Source of the DNA: a virus
Taxonomy: Duplodnaviria > Caudoviricetes
Reading direction: 5' to 3' (one strand)
DNA: 64,000 nt
Virus record (IMG/VR): IMGVR_UViG_2832249651_000002
Location: 11,383-75,382 of that record
Shown here one piece after another: positions 41,401 through 51,321 of this stretch. The first letter of the stretch is position 1; each line of letters opens with the position of its first letter. The notes under the pieces were generated by a model, which searched no databases, was not told the DNA's origin, and was given only the letters and a program-made list of their open reading frames with translations. A program made the position numbers and the translations under genes.

Positions 41401-42210
41401 TTAATTGCATTCTCCATTTCTTTTAGCAAACTTAAAGTCTACAGCCTTATCACCACGAGGTTTTAATACCTGTAAAGTGATAGTTTGAGGTGCAGGAGTT
41501 TTGCTTAATGGTGGAGGATTTATTGTTCCAACAGCTTTAGCTCTATCTATGATGATATTTGCATCATAAGCAGTAGCTTCATCATCACCCATAGCCTCAC
41601 CAGATACAATTGCTCTAAAGGCATAAGGAGTACCAGATTTAGGGAAGTTAAAGCCTACAGCTTCTAGAGCCAACCAGTCATAAGCAAAGTATGCAGCTTT
41701 TCCAGCATCATCTTCGTGGAAAGTGACGACATTATCTTTAATTGTTACTTTGCCTTTCGCTAATGGTGGATCAGGTACTTCCTCTGTGGGTTTTATAATT
41801 TCAAAATGAGTACCTTCATAATCTACAATCAGTACGCTTCCTGCGACAGGTTCATGAAGTAATTTAACTTCATAAGGAGCTTTTTCAGGAATGATGGCTT
41901 CATAATCAGACATAGTCATAGTTGTATTGGTTAGTTTTTCAACCTCAGTTCCCATTAAAAATGCATAAAGTTCAGGGGACATAAAAGATAACTCAACAGC
42001 GATAGAACCTTCTCTACCAGTTACAGGTTGAGCAGCAGGCCAGTCAGAGTTTCCGTCTGGTAGGGCTTGTGTATTAGTGGTAACATTTGGAGTAATGGAA
42101 ACAACTGCCCCATGATGGAATACTGCGTCACCTTTAGCCCTAGAAGGCTTTCCACATCTGTATCTTTCTAATAAAAGGCTTCCAGCTTTGTTAAAAAATA
42201 TCGGTTGCAT
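41401..42210 (-). CDS. Major tail tube protein
   Basis: Position and size; beta-rich. Confidence 0.75.
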   Translation of the reverse strand: MQPIFFNKAGSLLLERYRCGKPSRAKGDAVFHHGAVVSITPNVTTNTQALPDGNSDWPAAQPVTGREGSIAVELSFMSPELYAFLMGTEVEKLTNTTMTMSDYEAIIPEKAPYEVKLLHEPVAGSVLIVDYEGTHFEIIKPTEEVPDPPLAKGKVTIKDNVVTFHEDDAGKAAYFAYDWLALEAVGFNFPKSGTPYAFRAIVSGEAMGDDEATAYDANIIIDRAKAVGTINPPPLSKTPAPQTITLQVLKPRGDKAVDFKFAKRNGECN

Positions 42211-42224
42211 ATAAGCACATCCTT

Positions 42225-42644
42225 TCAAATTGTTCTATGAAATTCAAATCTACTCCCACAACAAAAAAAGCCTTGCATGGTTGGGAGTTCACCAAGCTGG
42301 CCACCAAAATAGGTATATCTTTTATTTATTCTTTTCTTGTGTAAAAGCTTTTCAACTCTTTCTTGTATTCTCCAAGATTTATAATCTTCAACGGCAGGGA
42401 CATGAACATCAATCTCAATTACAGACTGAATGAAACTTTCATTCCTAGCTCTTCTATCAGGAACAAAGAAAATACAAAGTCTTTTTTCGTTAGTAGCCAA
42501 ATCATTCCATTGACTTCTTTTAATAATTCTTTTAGCAATCTCTATTCTGGATTTACCTTCTAGATCAAGTAACTTTAAAATTTCCTTATCAGCCATAATA
42601 ATATTTTGTATGGCCGTCAAATCTTTCTCAGGAGTAAAAGCCAT
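42225..42644 (-). CDS. Tail terminator-like protein
   Basis: Just before the major tail gene; IEIDVHVP. Confidence 0.6.
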   Translation of the reverse strand: MAFTPEKDLTAIQNIIMADKEILKLLDLEGKSRIEIAKRIIKRSQWNDLATNEKRLCIFFVPDRRARNESFIQSVIEIDVHVPAVEDYKSWRIQERVEKLLHKKRINKRYTYFGGQLGELPTMQGFFCCGSRFEFHRTI

Positions 42645-42690
42645 AAAAAATCACCACCTTTGGGCATAAAAATATCCCCAAGGTTGGGGA

Positions 42691-42878
42691 TTAAATAAAT
42701 TTGATTTCTTTTGGGTTAAATACAAAACATGATTCTACCTTTAAAGGGCAGTCATCAAGTTTAATAATCATCCAACACTTCCAAATGCAGTTCTTGTGAC
42801 ATCCTCTATAACACCAGTTTCCCTATAGTGAGGGTGATTACTATCAATGATTTTTACCTTCTTGCCAATAATGTTCAT
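42691..42878 (-). CDS. Small KOW/SH3-like protein (1-bp frameshift at about 42770)
   Basis: IGKKVKIID.NHPHY.ETGVI; followed by a terminator. Confidence 0.5.
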
Positions 42879-42888
42879 TTCTCAAACC

Positions 42889-43440
42889 TCACTTATTATA
42901 AGTTATGATAAACCTTTGAAACGGAAAATCCTTAATTGTTTCTTTGATTTTTTCTTTAAACCTACCGTTTTTCATCCACCTCATGGCAGTCTGCAGAGCA
43001 TGAGAGGGTGGAGTGGGGGAGACTTTTCCAGCTTCTTCAAGGTCAAATCCACCTTTGCCACGACCACGAACAGGATTACCAAATATATCTACTTGCCCTG
43101 CAACATCTGGTCTAGTCCTAATCTTGTTATCATGCCTAGCAGGGTTCCAAGCAGGACTATTCTTGTAGGCTTCCAAAGCAGGGTTGGAAGTATCCATTAA
43201 TGAACCACTTCCAAATTCGTCGAGTATAGCCCAAGCACCACCAGCAATACTAGCAGTGATAACATTAGCAATATCAGTTATTTCTTCATCATGTAAACTT
43301 TCTTTACCTTCAGGAGTTTGCATACCTTGTTTAGCTTCATTGAGCAATTCTTGTTGTAAATCCTTCATAGCATCAATTAAACTTTTTCTAAAGGCAGTAA
43401 TACAGCCTTGACTATCAAATCTAATTGACATATCAATCAC
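42889..43440 (-). CDS. Neck/tail completion protein
   Basis: EFGSG motif; position. Confidence 0.65.
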   Translation of the reverse strand: MIDMSIRFDSQGCITAFRKSLIDAMKDLQQELLNEAKQGMQTPEGKESLHDEEITDIANVITASIAGGAWAILDEFGSGSLMDTSNPALEAYKNSPAWNPARHDNKIRTRPDVAGQVDIFGNPVRGRGKGGFDLEEAGKVSPTPPSHALQTAMRWMKNGRFKEKIKETIKDFPFQRFIITYNK

Positions 43441-43712
43441 CTAACCCTATAGTCAAAAGCAGTTAGTTTTATTAATTCAAGAAAATCTTCTAATTCAGAA
43501 TAGGTAAGATTCATTTTTCTTGCTATTTCTAATACTTTATCTATATTAGATTGAACAAATGAGCCAGTTCTTTTGGTCATTACTTTGTCCTCATTTATCA
43601 AATCACCAGATGATAGTGATTCAAATAACTCAACACGTCTTTCACTTAGACTATTGACAGGAAACATTCCAGTTTCATACTGTGGAAATCTATCAATACG
43701 TTGCTTAGTCAT
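43437..43712 (-). CDS. Hypothetical protein
   Basis: Coupled ORF. Confidence 0.55.
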   Translation of the reverse strand: MTKQRIDRFPQYETGMFPVNSLSERRVELFESLSSGDLINEDKVMTKRTGSFVQSNIDKVLEIARKMNLTYSELEDFLELIKLTAFDYRVR

Positions 43713-44086
43713 TATAAAACACCTCCCATCATCAATTCTTGCATTAACGTATTACCTTTCTGCATATATCCCTTTTGTTTCTTATCCCAATTTTTCTTAT
43801 ACTTTGGAATATTAAATGGTGGGGCAGAGGTGCGACTTTTCATAGCCATACATAAAATACCAGCCAAATAATAAATGCCTGCTTGTTGAAGTTGATTATA
43901 TTTCTGTTCAGTATCAATCTTTTTGCCTGTTGCAGTTAGTTTATCCATAGCAGGAGCAAGTAACATTTTCATCCCACCAATATTGGCATCTGCATCTATA
44001 ACACTATTTGGAAGAATTTCTTCATTTAAACTTAGCATTTTTCTAACTTTATCATGATATCCTTCACCTAGATATTCTTTATACAT
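43712..44086 (-). CDS. Head-tail connector-like protein
   Basis: VRKML....LPNSVID; position. Confidence 0.6.
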   Translation of the reverse strand: MYKEYLGEGYHDKVRKMLSLNEEILPNSVIDADANIGGMKMLLAPAMDKLTATGKKIDTEQKYNQLQQAGIYYLAGILCMAMKSRTSAPPFNIPKYKKNWDKKQKGYMQKGNTLMQELMMGGVL

Positions 44087-44110
44087 AAAATTACCTCCAT
44101 AATTTTATTT

Positions 44111-44698
44111 TTAATCAGTCCTTATATCTACAGCTAATTGTATTCTATCGACACCTTCAAGACCGACATTATCTATAGAGACAACTTCATAATTCTTTCC
44201 ACTATGAACAAATCTATCAAGCATTATTACTCCTAGAGTTTTAGGAACTTGAAAGATATATATTGTATTATCCAATAATCCTGGTTCTTCTTGTCTGATT
44301 CTAGATGTAACAATCTCGCCATAACAAGCCACATCAGGATTGATAGTTTCCCATACTTGAATAATATTATTGCTATCGTCTATTTCTTCAACATCTCTTT
44401 TGTGTTGGATAGTAGCATTACACTTAGCAGAGAAGAAAGCATATTCCATAGATGCAGGATCATAGTTAGTAGATTGTACTAGATACTTATTATCTCTAAT
44501 AGTAATGATTTCGCCACTTTTAAGGTTAGAGTCAGCAAGAATTAATCCTTCCCAGTAACTTTCACGAATACCTAAATCTCTACTTGCTTTTGTGGAACGC
44601 TTAATTGACACTTTGGTGCTAATAGGAGGGACCCTATCAATGATACAGTCCTGTCCTTTAGAGTTTAGAAATTTTTCAGCATAACTCATATTAGCCAC
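44111..44698 (-). CDS. Head closure-like protein
   Basis: Position; duplicated beta-barrel pattern (G...YLV / GKNYEV). Confidence 0.6.
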   Translation of the reverse strand: MANMSYAEKFLNSKGQDCIIDRVPPISTKVSIKRSTKASRDLGIRESYWEGLILADSNLKSGEIITIRDNKYLVQSTNYDPASMEYAFFSAKCNATIQHKRDVEEIDDSNNIIQVWETINPDVACYGEIVTSRIRQEEPGLLDNTIYIFQVPKTLGVIMLDRFVHSGKNYEVVSIDNVGLEGVDRIQLAVDIRTD

Positions 44699-45116
44699 TT
44701 CCTGCTAGGGAAAGTAACAGTAAAGTGGGGAATAGAAGAGGGGAGAGCATCAGGAAATTCTAGTTCTATAATCTTGCCGATATAATTATCTCTTTCCTCT
44801 TGAAATTCAGCTTTCTTTTTAGACCAATCAATCCATAATTCATGACTTGCATGAGGACCAGACTCTTTCTTGGGTAATCTAGCAGCCATAGAAGGGGAGA
44901 GAAGTATACAACATTCCAATACAACCGCATATTCAAGATAAGTTTTGCTATCACCGTCTAGGTAGAGTAGTCAGGTATCATGGATATTATATTAGCTTCA
45001 GCTACATCTATACAGTCTGGTTGTTCAATAACAGAATCGGGAAGATAGGCATCATCAACACCCATCTTATCCCTAATTCTTTGTTGCCAATTATCTTTTA
45101 AAATCCTATTTTCCAT
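44686..45116 (-). CDS. Head-tail connector protein (indels at about 44960-44990)
   Basis: Start MENRILKDNWQQRIRDKMG..LPDSVI at 45116 after GGGGTGA; joins the 44686..44919 frame. Confidence 0.6.
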
Positions 45117-45131
45117 AGGGAATCACCCCCA

Positions 45132-46220
45132 TTAATTGAGAGTAAGTATCTTAGCACTCTCTTTAAAGATCTTTCTAAATCCACTATTTTCAGAAACAGT
45201 CATTTCCTTAGTTTGGTTAATTATGTTGATATCAGATTCTTTGATTGTTGAGTTAAGCTCATAAACCTCTTCAATAGTGTTTTCTTTATTTAAAGCATAA
45301 ATAGCCTCAGCATTATTGACCTTATCTATCCTTGGGCTATACAATAAAGTAAAGTCTGATATTAAGTTTTGTGGCATATTGACTGATATTCCTAAGCCTT
45401 GCTTAATCATTTGGTCTATTTGTCCTGCATTTTCCATTGTTGGATAGAGTATATCTAAAATTTGCATAAATGCTTTCTTATTAGCTATAACAGTATTAGC
45501 ACCACCAACATCTTCAAAGCTTAACATGAAGTCAATAAATACATCTCTAGTAAGATTAGTTGTACCTGTAGATATGTCACTAGATTTTATTACTTGAGCT
45601 GCATTGTTGTTACCATCACCATTCTTGATTACATCTAGAATTTCATTTGTTTTATTCATTGCTGCATATATTCCAATTAAGTTAATATGTCTTTGGAAGA
45701 TTTCAAGACTAGTTCTTCTTAAAGCTTCGTAAGATATACCTACAGCTCTACCATATTTATAAAGCTTAATTACAGACTCACCAAGTTTTAATACCGCCTT
45801 TGGCAAGTCAGCACCTTCTGCAACTCTTCTCATTTCTAATGCTTTCTTATTCTTAGCATCATTCAAATCAAGATATGAAGCTTCATAAACACTACCCTCA
45901 ATACCAGTCCTAACTCCTACTAAATGTTTATAAAGAGGATATTCTGTCATGCTTCTTACAAGGGTTCTTGCTACATACTCAGGGAATAGAACTTTATTTT
46001 CATTGGTTCTATAGAATGCTTCAACAGTTGAAGCCATCATATTTCTAGATGGAACAGATTTAGTTAATATCCCAGCTTCTTTCATCAATCTTTCAAAAGC
46101 ATCTAATTGATCTGTTTCAGAACTAGGATTTAATGTTTCAAGATACATTGATAATGTCATGTTTTGTTTAAAAGCCTCCTGATACATTTCAGGCTTTAAA
46201 TTGTTTAAAGTAAATTTCAT
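45132..46220 (-). CDS. Major capsid protein (HK97-like fold)
   Basis: LFPEY..RVAEGADLP..KYGR...ISYEALRR. Confidence 0.9.
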   Translation of the reverse strand: MKFTLNNLKPEMYQEAFKQNMTLSMYLETLNPSSETDQLDAFERLMKEAGILTKSVPSRNMMASTVEAFYRTNENKVLFPEYVARTLVRSMTEYPLYKHLVGVRTGIEGSVYEASYLDLNDAKNKKALEMRRVAEGADLPKAVLKLGESVIKLYKYGRAVGISYEALRRTSLEIFQRHINLIGIYAAMNKTNEILDVIKNGDGNNNAAQVIKSSDISTGTTNLTRDVFIDFMLSFEDVGGANTVIANKKAFMQILDILYPTMENAGQIDQMIKQGLGISVNMPQNLISDFTLLYSPRIDKVNNAEAIYALNKENTIEEVYELNSTIKESDINIINQTKEMTVSENSGFRKIFKESAKILTLN

Positions 46221-46242
46221 ACTATATTCATCTCCTTTCAAA

Positions 46243-46638
46243 TTAACCTAAAAATACAGTTGCTAATTCTTCAGTTTCATCAACTTCAATAAAGATAGGA
46301 TTTCTTAATTTTGCAGTAGAAGAACTATCTTTAATCTTTCCTGTTCCGTCTACAGCTGCAATTTTACCAATGGTAGGAGCAATAGCACCTATAGGAACAT
46401 CAGTCCTAAATCCTCTGAATTGAACAGTGCAATGACCGTCCATTTCATAAACATCAATAAATCCAAATACAGTGTCACTATCAGTTCCTAAATCAACTGT
46501 TCCAGCACCACTTACAACAACAGGTACACCAACAACTGCATCTCTGCCTTTCTCTTTAACTAATGCTTTAATTCCAGCACCAGCCTTAAATGTAGCAGCT
46601 TGAAAACCTATACCTTCAAAACTAATTCCACCTCTCAT
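46243..46638 (-). CDS. Head decoration / capsid cement protein
   Basis: Gly/Ala-rich small protein before the capsid gene. Confidence 0.65.
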   Translation of the reverse strand: MRGGISFEGIGFQAATFKAGAGIKALVKEKGRDAVVGVPVVVSGAGTVDLGTDSDTVFGFIDVYEMDGHCTVQFRGFRTDVPIGAIAPTIGKIAAVDGTGKIKDSSSTAKLRNPIFIEVDETEELATVFLG

Positions 46639-46697
46639 AAATTACACTTCCTTTCTTAAATTTGGGCATAAAAATAACCACTGTTTAAGTGGCTTGC

Positions 46698-46874
46698 CTA
46701 TTTGTTGTTTAAATCTTTTTCTAATGCTTCAATTGTTTTGACTATCTCATTTTTTCTTTGTTTTTCTTCGGACAGACTGTTTTCAAGTCGATTAATTTGG
46801 AAATCAACATCAAGCAGATTTCTTCTTTCACAAGAAAGTCTATCTTCTAACATTTTTTTAGTAATCTCTTGCAT
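46698..46874 (-). CDS. Small coiled-coil protein (58 aa, not in ORF track)
   Basis: RBS AGGAGG; MQEITKKMLEDRL...; followed by a terminator. Confidence 0.6.
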   Translation of the reverse strand: MQEITKKMLEDRLSCERRNLLDVDFQINRLENSLSEEKQRKNEIVKTIEALEKDLNNK

Positions 46875-46894
46875 ATTAATGCCTCCTATATTTT

Positions 46895-48217
46895 TTATTT
46901 TCCTACTTTAAAAGCCTCATCTGGTAAGTCTTTGGTTTGCACTTGCCCAGCAGCAGGATCTGTTTTTCTTCCAGCAGGAATACTCACATTAGCTTGTAGT
47001 TCCCATGTTTTCATGATATTTTTAATATCATTCGTACTCATAGTAGTAAAACTTTTCTCCCAAGTTTCCTTAGTGAAATCATTACCCATAGCACGGACAC
47101 CCATAGCTATAGCTTCATCTGATAAATTCTTACGATATTCTTGACCTTCTTTAGCCAACTTTAAAACTTCATCAGCGGATAGTTCAGTACCTAGTTTTTC
47201 AGTAACTTGGTCTTGAGCCATAAATACACCTTCTTGAGGTTCTGCTACCTTTATTGAGTTCTCCCATTTCTCAATCATTGCATTCAAGGCAGTAGTTACT
47301 TCACCAGCATTAAGAGCCTCAGCTTCTTCGTTAGTAAATCCAATTCCAATTAATGCATTTAATAATTTTTCATCCATTGATTTTTCACTTCCTTCCAAAT
47401 TATCATCTTGAATTTTTGCACCCTTGAATATTTTTTTATGCTCTGATTTCTTAACCATAGTAACAATATCCCCATTATGATAATGACCAAGTAGGGGAGT
47501 GTTTTCTGGTAATTCTTCTTTATCTTCCAAAATACTAAATTTACCTGAAGTAGTTTCTATAATATCCCCATGTTTAGATTGAGTTACTACAGCACCAGGA
47601 TAAGCACCATCCCAGACAATACTTTCTTCAAAGAGGGAATTGTTATTATAAGGAATTATAATAGAAGGGGGCATGGCAGTTAATGTACATACCTTTTTAC
47701 TTCCATCTTCCATAGTATAAGTACCACCTCTGTAATGGTTACAATCTCTACTATAGTAGTTCATTCCGCAAATAGAACAAGTCATTCTATCAGTGCTAAA
47801 CCCTATTGATGTGTCAGAAAGTATTCCAGTTTCAATCCTCTTTATGAGAGCATTAGCAGATACACCGTCAATGATTTCATCATCTCTTACAATGAATTTA
47901 TCTAAGTGCATTTCTACAGTTTCACCTTCGGCACTACTAGGAATAATCCTTCCATCAAACACCTTTCCATAAGGAATTCCTTGAATGCCACCCCAGTTAC
48001 TCCAATTATGATTTAGCATAAATGAAACACCTTTTTTAGCATCTTCAATCATAACTTGTAGCAGTTCAGGACTTAATTTTGTATATCTATTGGGTATCAA
48101 TAAATCACCAGCAGATTTGCCACTAAAAACAAAAACTTCATCTTTAGATAAGGTTCTTTTAGCTAATTTATTAATTTTAGTCAACTGTTCATCTGTTGGT
48201 ACTCCAAAATTACTCAT
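46895..48217 (-). CDS. Prohead protease/scaffold protein
   Basis: NH, I..G...DTSIGF, CSICG..C.H, ESIV..GA; helical C-terminus. Confidence 0.8.
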   Translation of the reverse strand: MSNFGVPTDEQLTKINKLAKRTLSKDEVFVFSGKSAGDLLIPNRYTKLSPELLQVMIEDAKKGVSFMLNHNWSNWGGIQGIPYGKVFDGRIIPSSAEGETVEMHLDKFIVRDDEIIDGVSANALIKRIETGILSDTSIGFSTDRMTCSICGMNYYSRDCNHYRGGTYTMEDGSKKVCTLTAMPPSIIIPYNNNSLFEESIVWDGAYPGAVVTQSKHGDIIETTSGKFSILEDKEELPENTPLLGHYHNGDIVTMVKKSEHKKIFKGAKIQDDNLEGSEKSMDEKLLNALIGIGFTNEEAEALNAGEVTTALNAMIEKWENSIKVAEPQEGVFMAQDQVTEKLGTELSADEVLKLAKEGQEYRKNLSDEAIAMGVRAMGNDFTKETWEKSFTTMSTNDIKNIMKTWELQANVSIPAGRKTDPAAGQVQTKDLPDEAFKVGK

Positions 48218-48460
48218 TTATTCACCTTCTTTCTGTTTCATAAATTCTCTTATTTCATCCTTTGTATAGCCTGTTTCAGGATATGAGCAATATTTTGTGT
48301 AGTGTTTAGGCATATCAGATATATATTCCATATCTTGTTTATCAAGGATAATCATAATAGGTTCATCATTGGAGTCGTAAATTTTATTTCCTATCTTTAC
48401 CTTCAAAGGAGTCACCTTCTTCCTTGCATAATTCTTCACATAAGCAACCTTCACAATCAA
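48218..48460 (-). CDS. Hypothetical protein
   Basis: KVKIGNKIYDS.DEPIMIIL. Confidence 0.6.
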   Translation of the reverse strand: MIVKVAYVKNYARKKVTPLKVKIGNKIYDSNDEPIMIILDKQDMEYISDMPKHYTKYCSYPETGYTKDEIREFMKQKEGE

Positions 48461-48489
48461 AACAATCTTTTAATTCCTTTGGAGGTTCA

Positions 48490-49898
48490 TCAAATGGTAC
48501 CTTCAATGGATAAAGGTTTTTCTTCCCTCGAATGTTTGTCATTATCAACGCTAACACCTCCATTACTCAAGCTAATCCTAATATTTTCACTTGGCTTGTT
48601 GCCTATAGCTTTTTCAACTCCCATGACTTCTTGAGCCGCTTTATCTGCATCTATCCAATCCATCAATTGAGCTATTACATAGAATTGTTGTTTCATCAGA
48701 TTAACATTAAGTCTTTGTTCTTCGGATTCCCAATCAACGATATCATGCTTAAACTTAGCAATAGCCTGTTCGCCATTAACCCTTAACCATAGTCTAGCTA
48801 TTTCTTCAATAATTCGCTTAGAACCTCTTTGACAAGAGTTAATACCACTAACAAATATCTTAAATTGAACGGTTCCCCAAGATTCAGTCACACCCTGATT
48901 TCTATTCATAAAAATAGCCATCTGTTTTAATCCAGATAGCGTTTGAGTATCAAGCATTTCAGTTATTGCTCTAACATCAAGACTTCTTCCGCCATTAGCT
49001 CCATTAGTCATATTAATTTTCACATCATCAAAATGAATATAATCACTATCAGGAGCAATGTTTTCCATCATATTAACAATATTATTATGTTGTTCATTGA
49101 GCCAATTTTGAAGTTCTTTGGGATTGTTTTTTATATGTGGAGGGCAGTAGGTCATAAGTCTCTCCAAGACAATCTCAATATCATTTCTAGGATAGCCTTG
49201 ATGATGGAGTACGGCTTGAAGGTCTTGGAGTATCTGCATTTGAAAATCTATAGCCTGTAATACAGGAGTCATTGTTAATGTTCCTCTAGGGTCGCCAATA
49301 TCAGGGTCAGTAGGTACCCAAAAGAAGTTAGCATGTTCTTTATCAAGGTAAATTTTCTTATGCATATCATACTGGAACGGTACCCATATTTTACGACCTT
49401 TGATTTCTTTAAGTTCCCACTCAATAGTTTGCGGTTTGACAGGATAGACGTCATATATATCTTTTCTATTAGGAGTAACCTCACTTCAACACCCATAGCA
49501 CCTAATAAAAAAGAGCTGTGATGTAATTGATCTATCAATCCATCAAGCCCACTATTGGATATTTCGTTTATCCTTGAAGCAAAATCTCTCCATCTATCTT
49601 CTAAATCAGTTCTTCTAGTCTTGCCATCAATAGCATAGAAGTGCATCTCGTTTCCTTGATTAGCTAATCTTACAAAATTCCACACTGCCATACTAATGTC
49701 AGGATTAACTCTTTTTAAATATTCTATAGCTGCAGCTTCCTCTGGAATACTTCTTAAAGTTTTAAGCACATCACCAGTCCTTGAACGAAAAGGGGAGAGG
49801 GTAGAGGTATAACCATTATTTATTTGAGTTTGTCTACCAGTAGGAATATGCCGAGGTTCAGCTCTTGCTCTTGCAAATTGTCTATTAGAAAGTCCCAT
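48490..49898 (-). CDS. Portal protein (1-bp frameshift at about 49483)
   Basis: Two ORFs join as AMGVEV|EVTPNRKDIYDVYPV; located between terminase and protease. Confidence 0.8.
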
Positions 49899-49908
49899 TT
49901 ACATCACC

Positions 49909-50124
49909 TTACCTTTTCCAATGCTTTCCTAGTGCAAAGTTTAATCTTTGTCTTTCGCCATATGAAAGCTTTGTTGCTTGTTTCATATCTAAGTAATCTC
50001 TTTCAGCTTTGAGTTTATCCATTCGGATTTTTTCATCAATTTTGCTTCTTTGTATTTTCCACGATAAATCTATCGCCATTACCAAAATAACAGGTATAAA
50101 TATTATAACAAGTAACGATTTCAT
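49909..50124 (-). CDS. Small membrane protein
   Basis: N-terminal TM. Confidence 0.55.
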   Translation of the reverse strand: MKSLLVIIFIPVILVMAIDLSWKIQRSKIDEKIRMDKLKAERDYLDMKQATKLSYGERQRLNFALGKHWKR

Positions 50125-50137
50125 AGGTTATAACCCC

Positions 50138-50542
50138 CTAGTATTCTAATACGGAAAGTTTAGTTTCTTTTTCACATATAGCATAGATTTTACCATGCCA
50201 ATTATCTAATGAAATACTGCCACCATTGCCATAGTTAGGAGAAGTATCAGGAGCTAATACAAAATGAAAGTCCTCCTTAGAGATTCTACTATCTAACTTA
50301 AGGTAACAAGGTTCTAGCCCTATATTTTGAATTATAAGTTTTGTTCTACTTTCATTGCAACCTAACACAAATGTAACAGATGAATTAATTTTTTTAATTG
50401 GATTTTCATTGGCTATATAATTTTCTTCTTTAGAAAGCTTACCATCTATGGATTTAAGAGGTTCTAAAAGTTCAGCACCAGTCTTTATTATCCAATTAGT
50501 AATCAATCCAATTTCTTTTAAGAGATTGTTCCAAAATTTCAT
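50138..50542 (-). CDS. Hypothetical protein
   Basis: RBS AAGGTGA; R..LIIQN.G. Confidence 0.65.
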   Translation of the reverse strand: MKFWNNLLKEIGLITNWIIKTGAELLEPLKSIDGKLSKEENYIANENPIKKINSSVTFVLGCNESRTKLIIQNIGLEPCYLKLDSRISKEDFHFVLAPDTSPNYGNGGSISLDNWHGKIYAICEKETKLSVLEY

Positions 50543-50553
50543 TTATATCACCT

Positions 50554-50826
50554 TCACTTTTTAAGCTTTTCTATTTCATTAATTATTTGTGCTTTAGCTA
50601 TATTAGCTATGTTAGGGCTATTTTCAATTAGTTCGGAAATAAAATCGGCTTCATTATCATCTATCTCAATTTCTCCATCATTCGTAAGATTCACTGCCCA
50701 AGTCATCATTTTGGCAGGCTTCCCAACAGTTGACATAGCTAAAATATTAGCTAATATATCACTTAGTTTTTCATTAAAAGGTGAGCCATTGAGATTAATA
50801 AGATTTTTATCAAGATTTAACTTCAT
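50554..50826 (-). CDS. Hypothetical protein
   Basis: Operon continuity. Confidence 0.65.
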   Translation of the reverse strand: MKLNLDKNLINLNGSPFNEKLSDILANILAMSTVGKPAKMMTWAVNLTNDGEIEIDDNEADFISELIENSPNIANIAKAQIINEIEKLKK

Positions 50827-51055
50827 TTTGTGTCACCTGCAATTCAAATTCTTTAATTAGTCCTTTAACAGTATGTTCTGCAATTTCTTTTGTCATTTCT
50901 TCAATGCTCATGTTAGGGTTAGCTTTAAATTTCTCGACTACTGATTCAGATAAGTCATCTATGCAACTTTCCATAATGTCCTGAAATTGTTGGGCAAATA
51001 ATATTACAGCAGTAGAAAATTTTGTTTCAAACTGTTTTTCTTGTTTTTCATTCAT
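50810..51055 (-). CDS. Hypothetical protein
   Basis: RBS GGAGGAG. Confidence 0.65.
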   Translation of the reverse strand: MNEKQEKQFETKFSTAVILFAQQFQDIMESCIDDLSESVVEKFKANPNMSIEEMTKEIAEHTVKGLIKEFELQVTQNEVKS

Positions 51056-51205
51056 AATATCTCCTCCATTTTTAAATTATTGACACTGACTTTTAGGTTT
51101 GCCACATCTACAACACCTATAGCCTAATTCTTCATAATATTTGATTTTATGTCTAAATATCCAAAAACATTTTTTCATATAACCACCTCCAATTTATATG
51201 TAAGT

Positions 51206-51273
51206 CACTGCACCAAGGAAGGACGGTCGGAGGCAGACCAAATCCTATATAAGTTCCTTGGTTATTGACAGTG
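51206..51273 (-). ncRNA. Candidate small structured RNA with CCUCC loop
   Basis: Nested stems cactg/cagtg, accaaggaa/ttccttggt, ggtc/gacc with loop UGCCUCC. Confidence 0.35.
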
Positions 51274-51321
51274 TGGTATATAAAAAACAACCTCATTAGA
51301 GATTGCTTGATATATCAATTA

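Noticed and set aside
9368-49898. Stop-codon reassignment or programmed recoding as the cause of the split genes
   Set aside because: The breaks are frame changes at scattered short homopolymers rather than in-frame stops, and the tRNAs are not suppressors (CCA, GTA, GCT)
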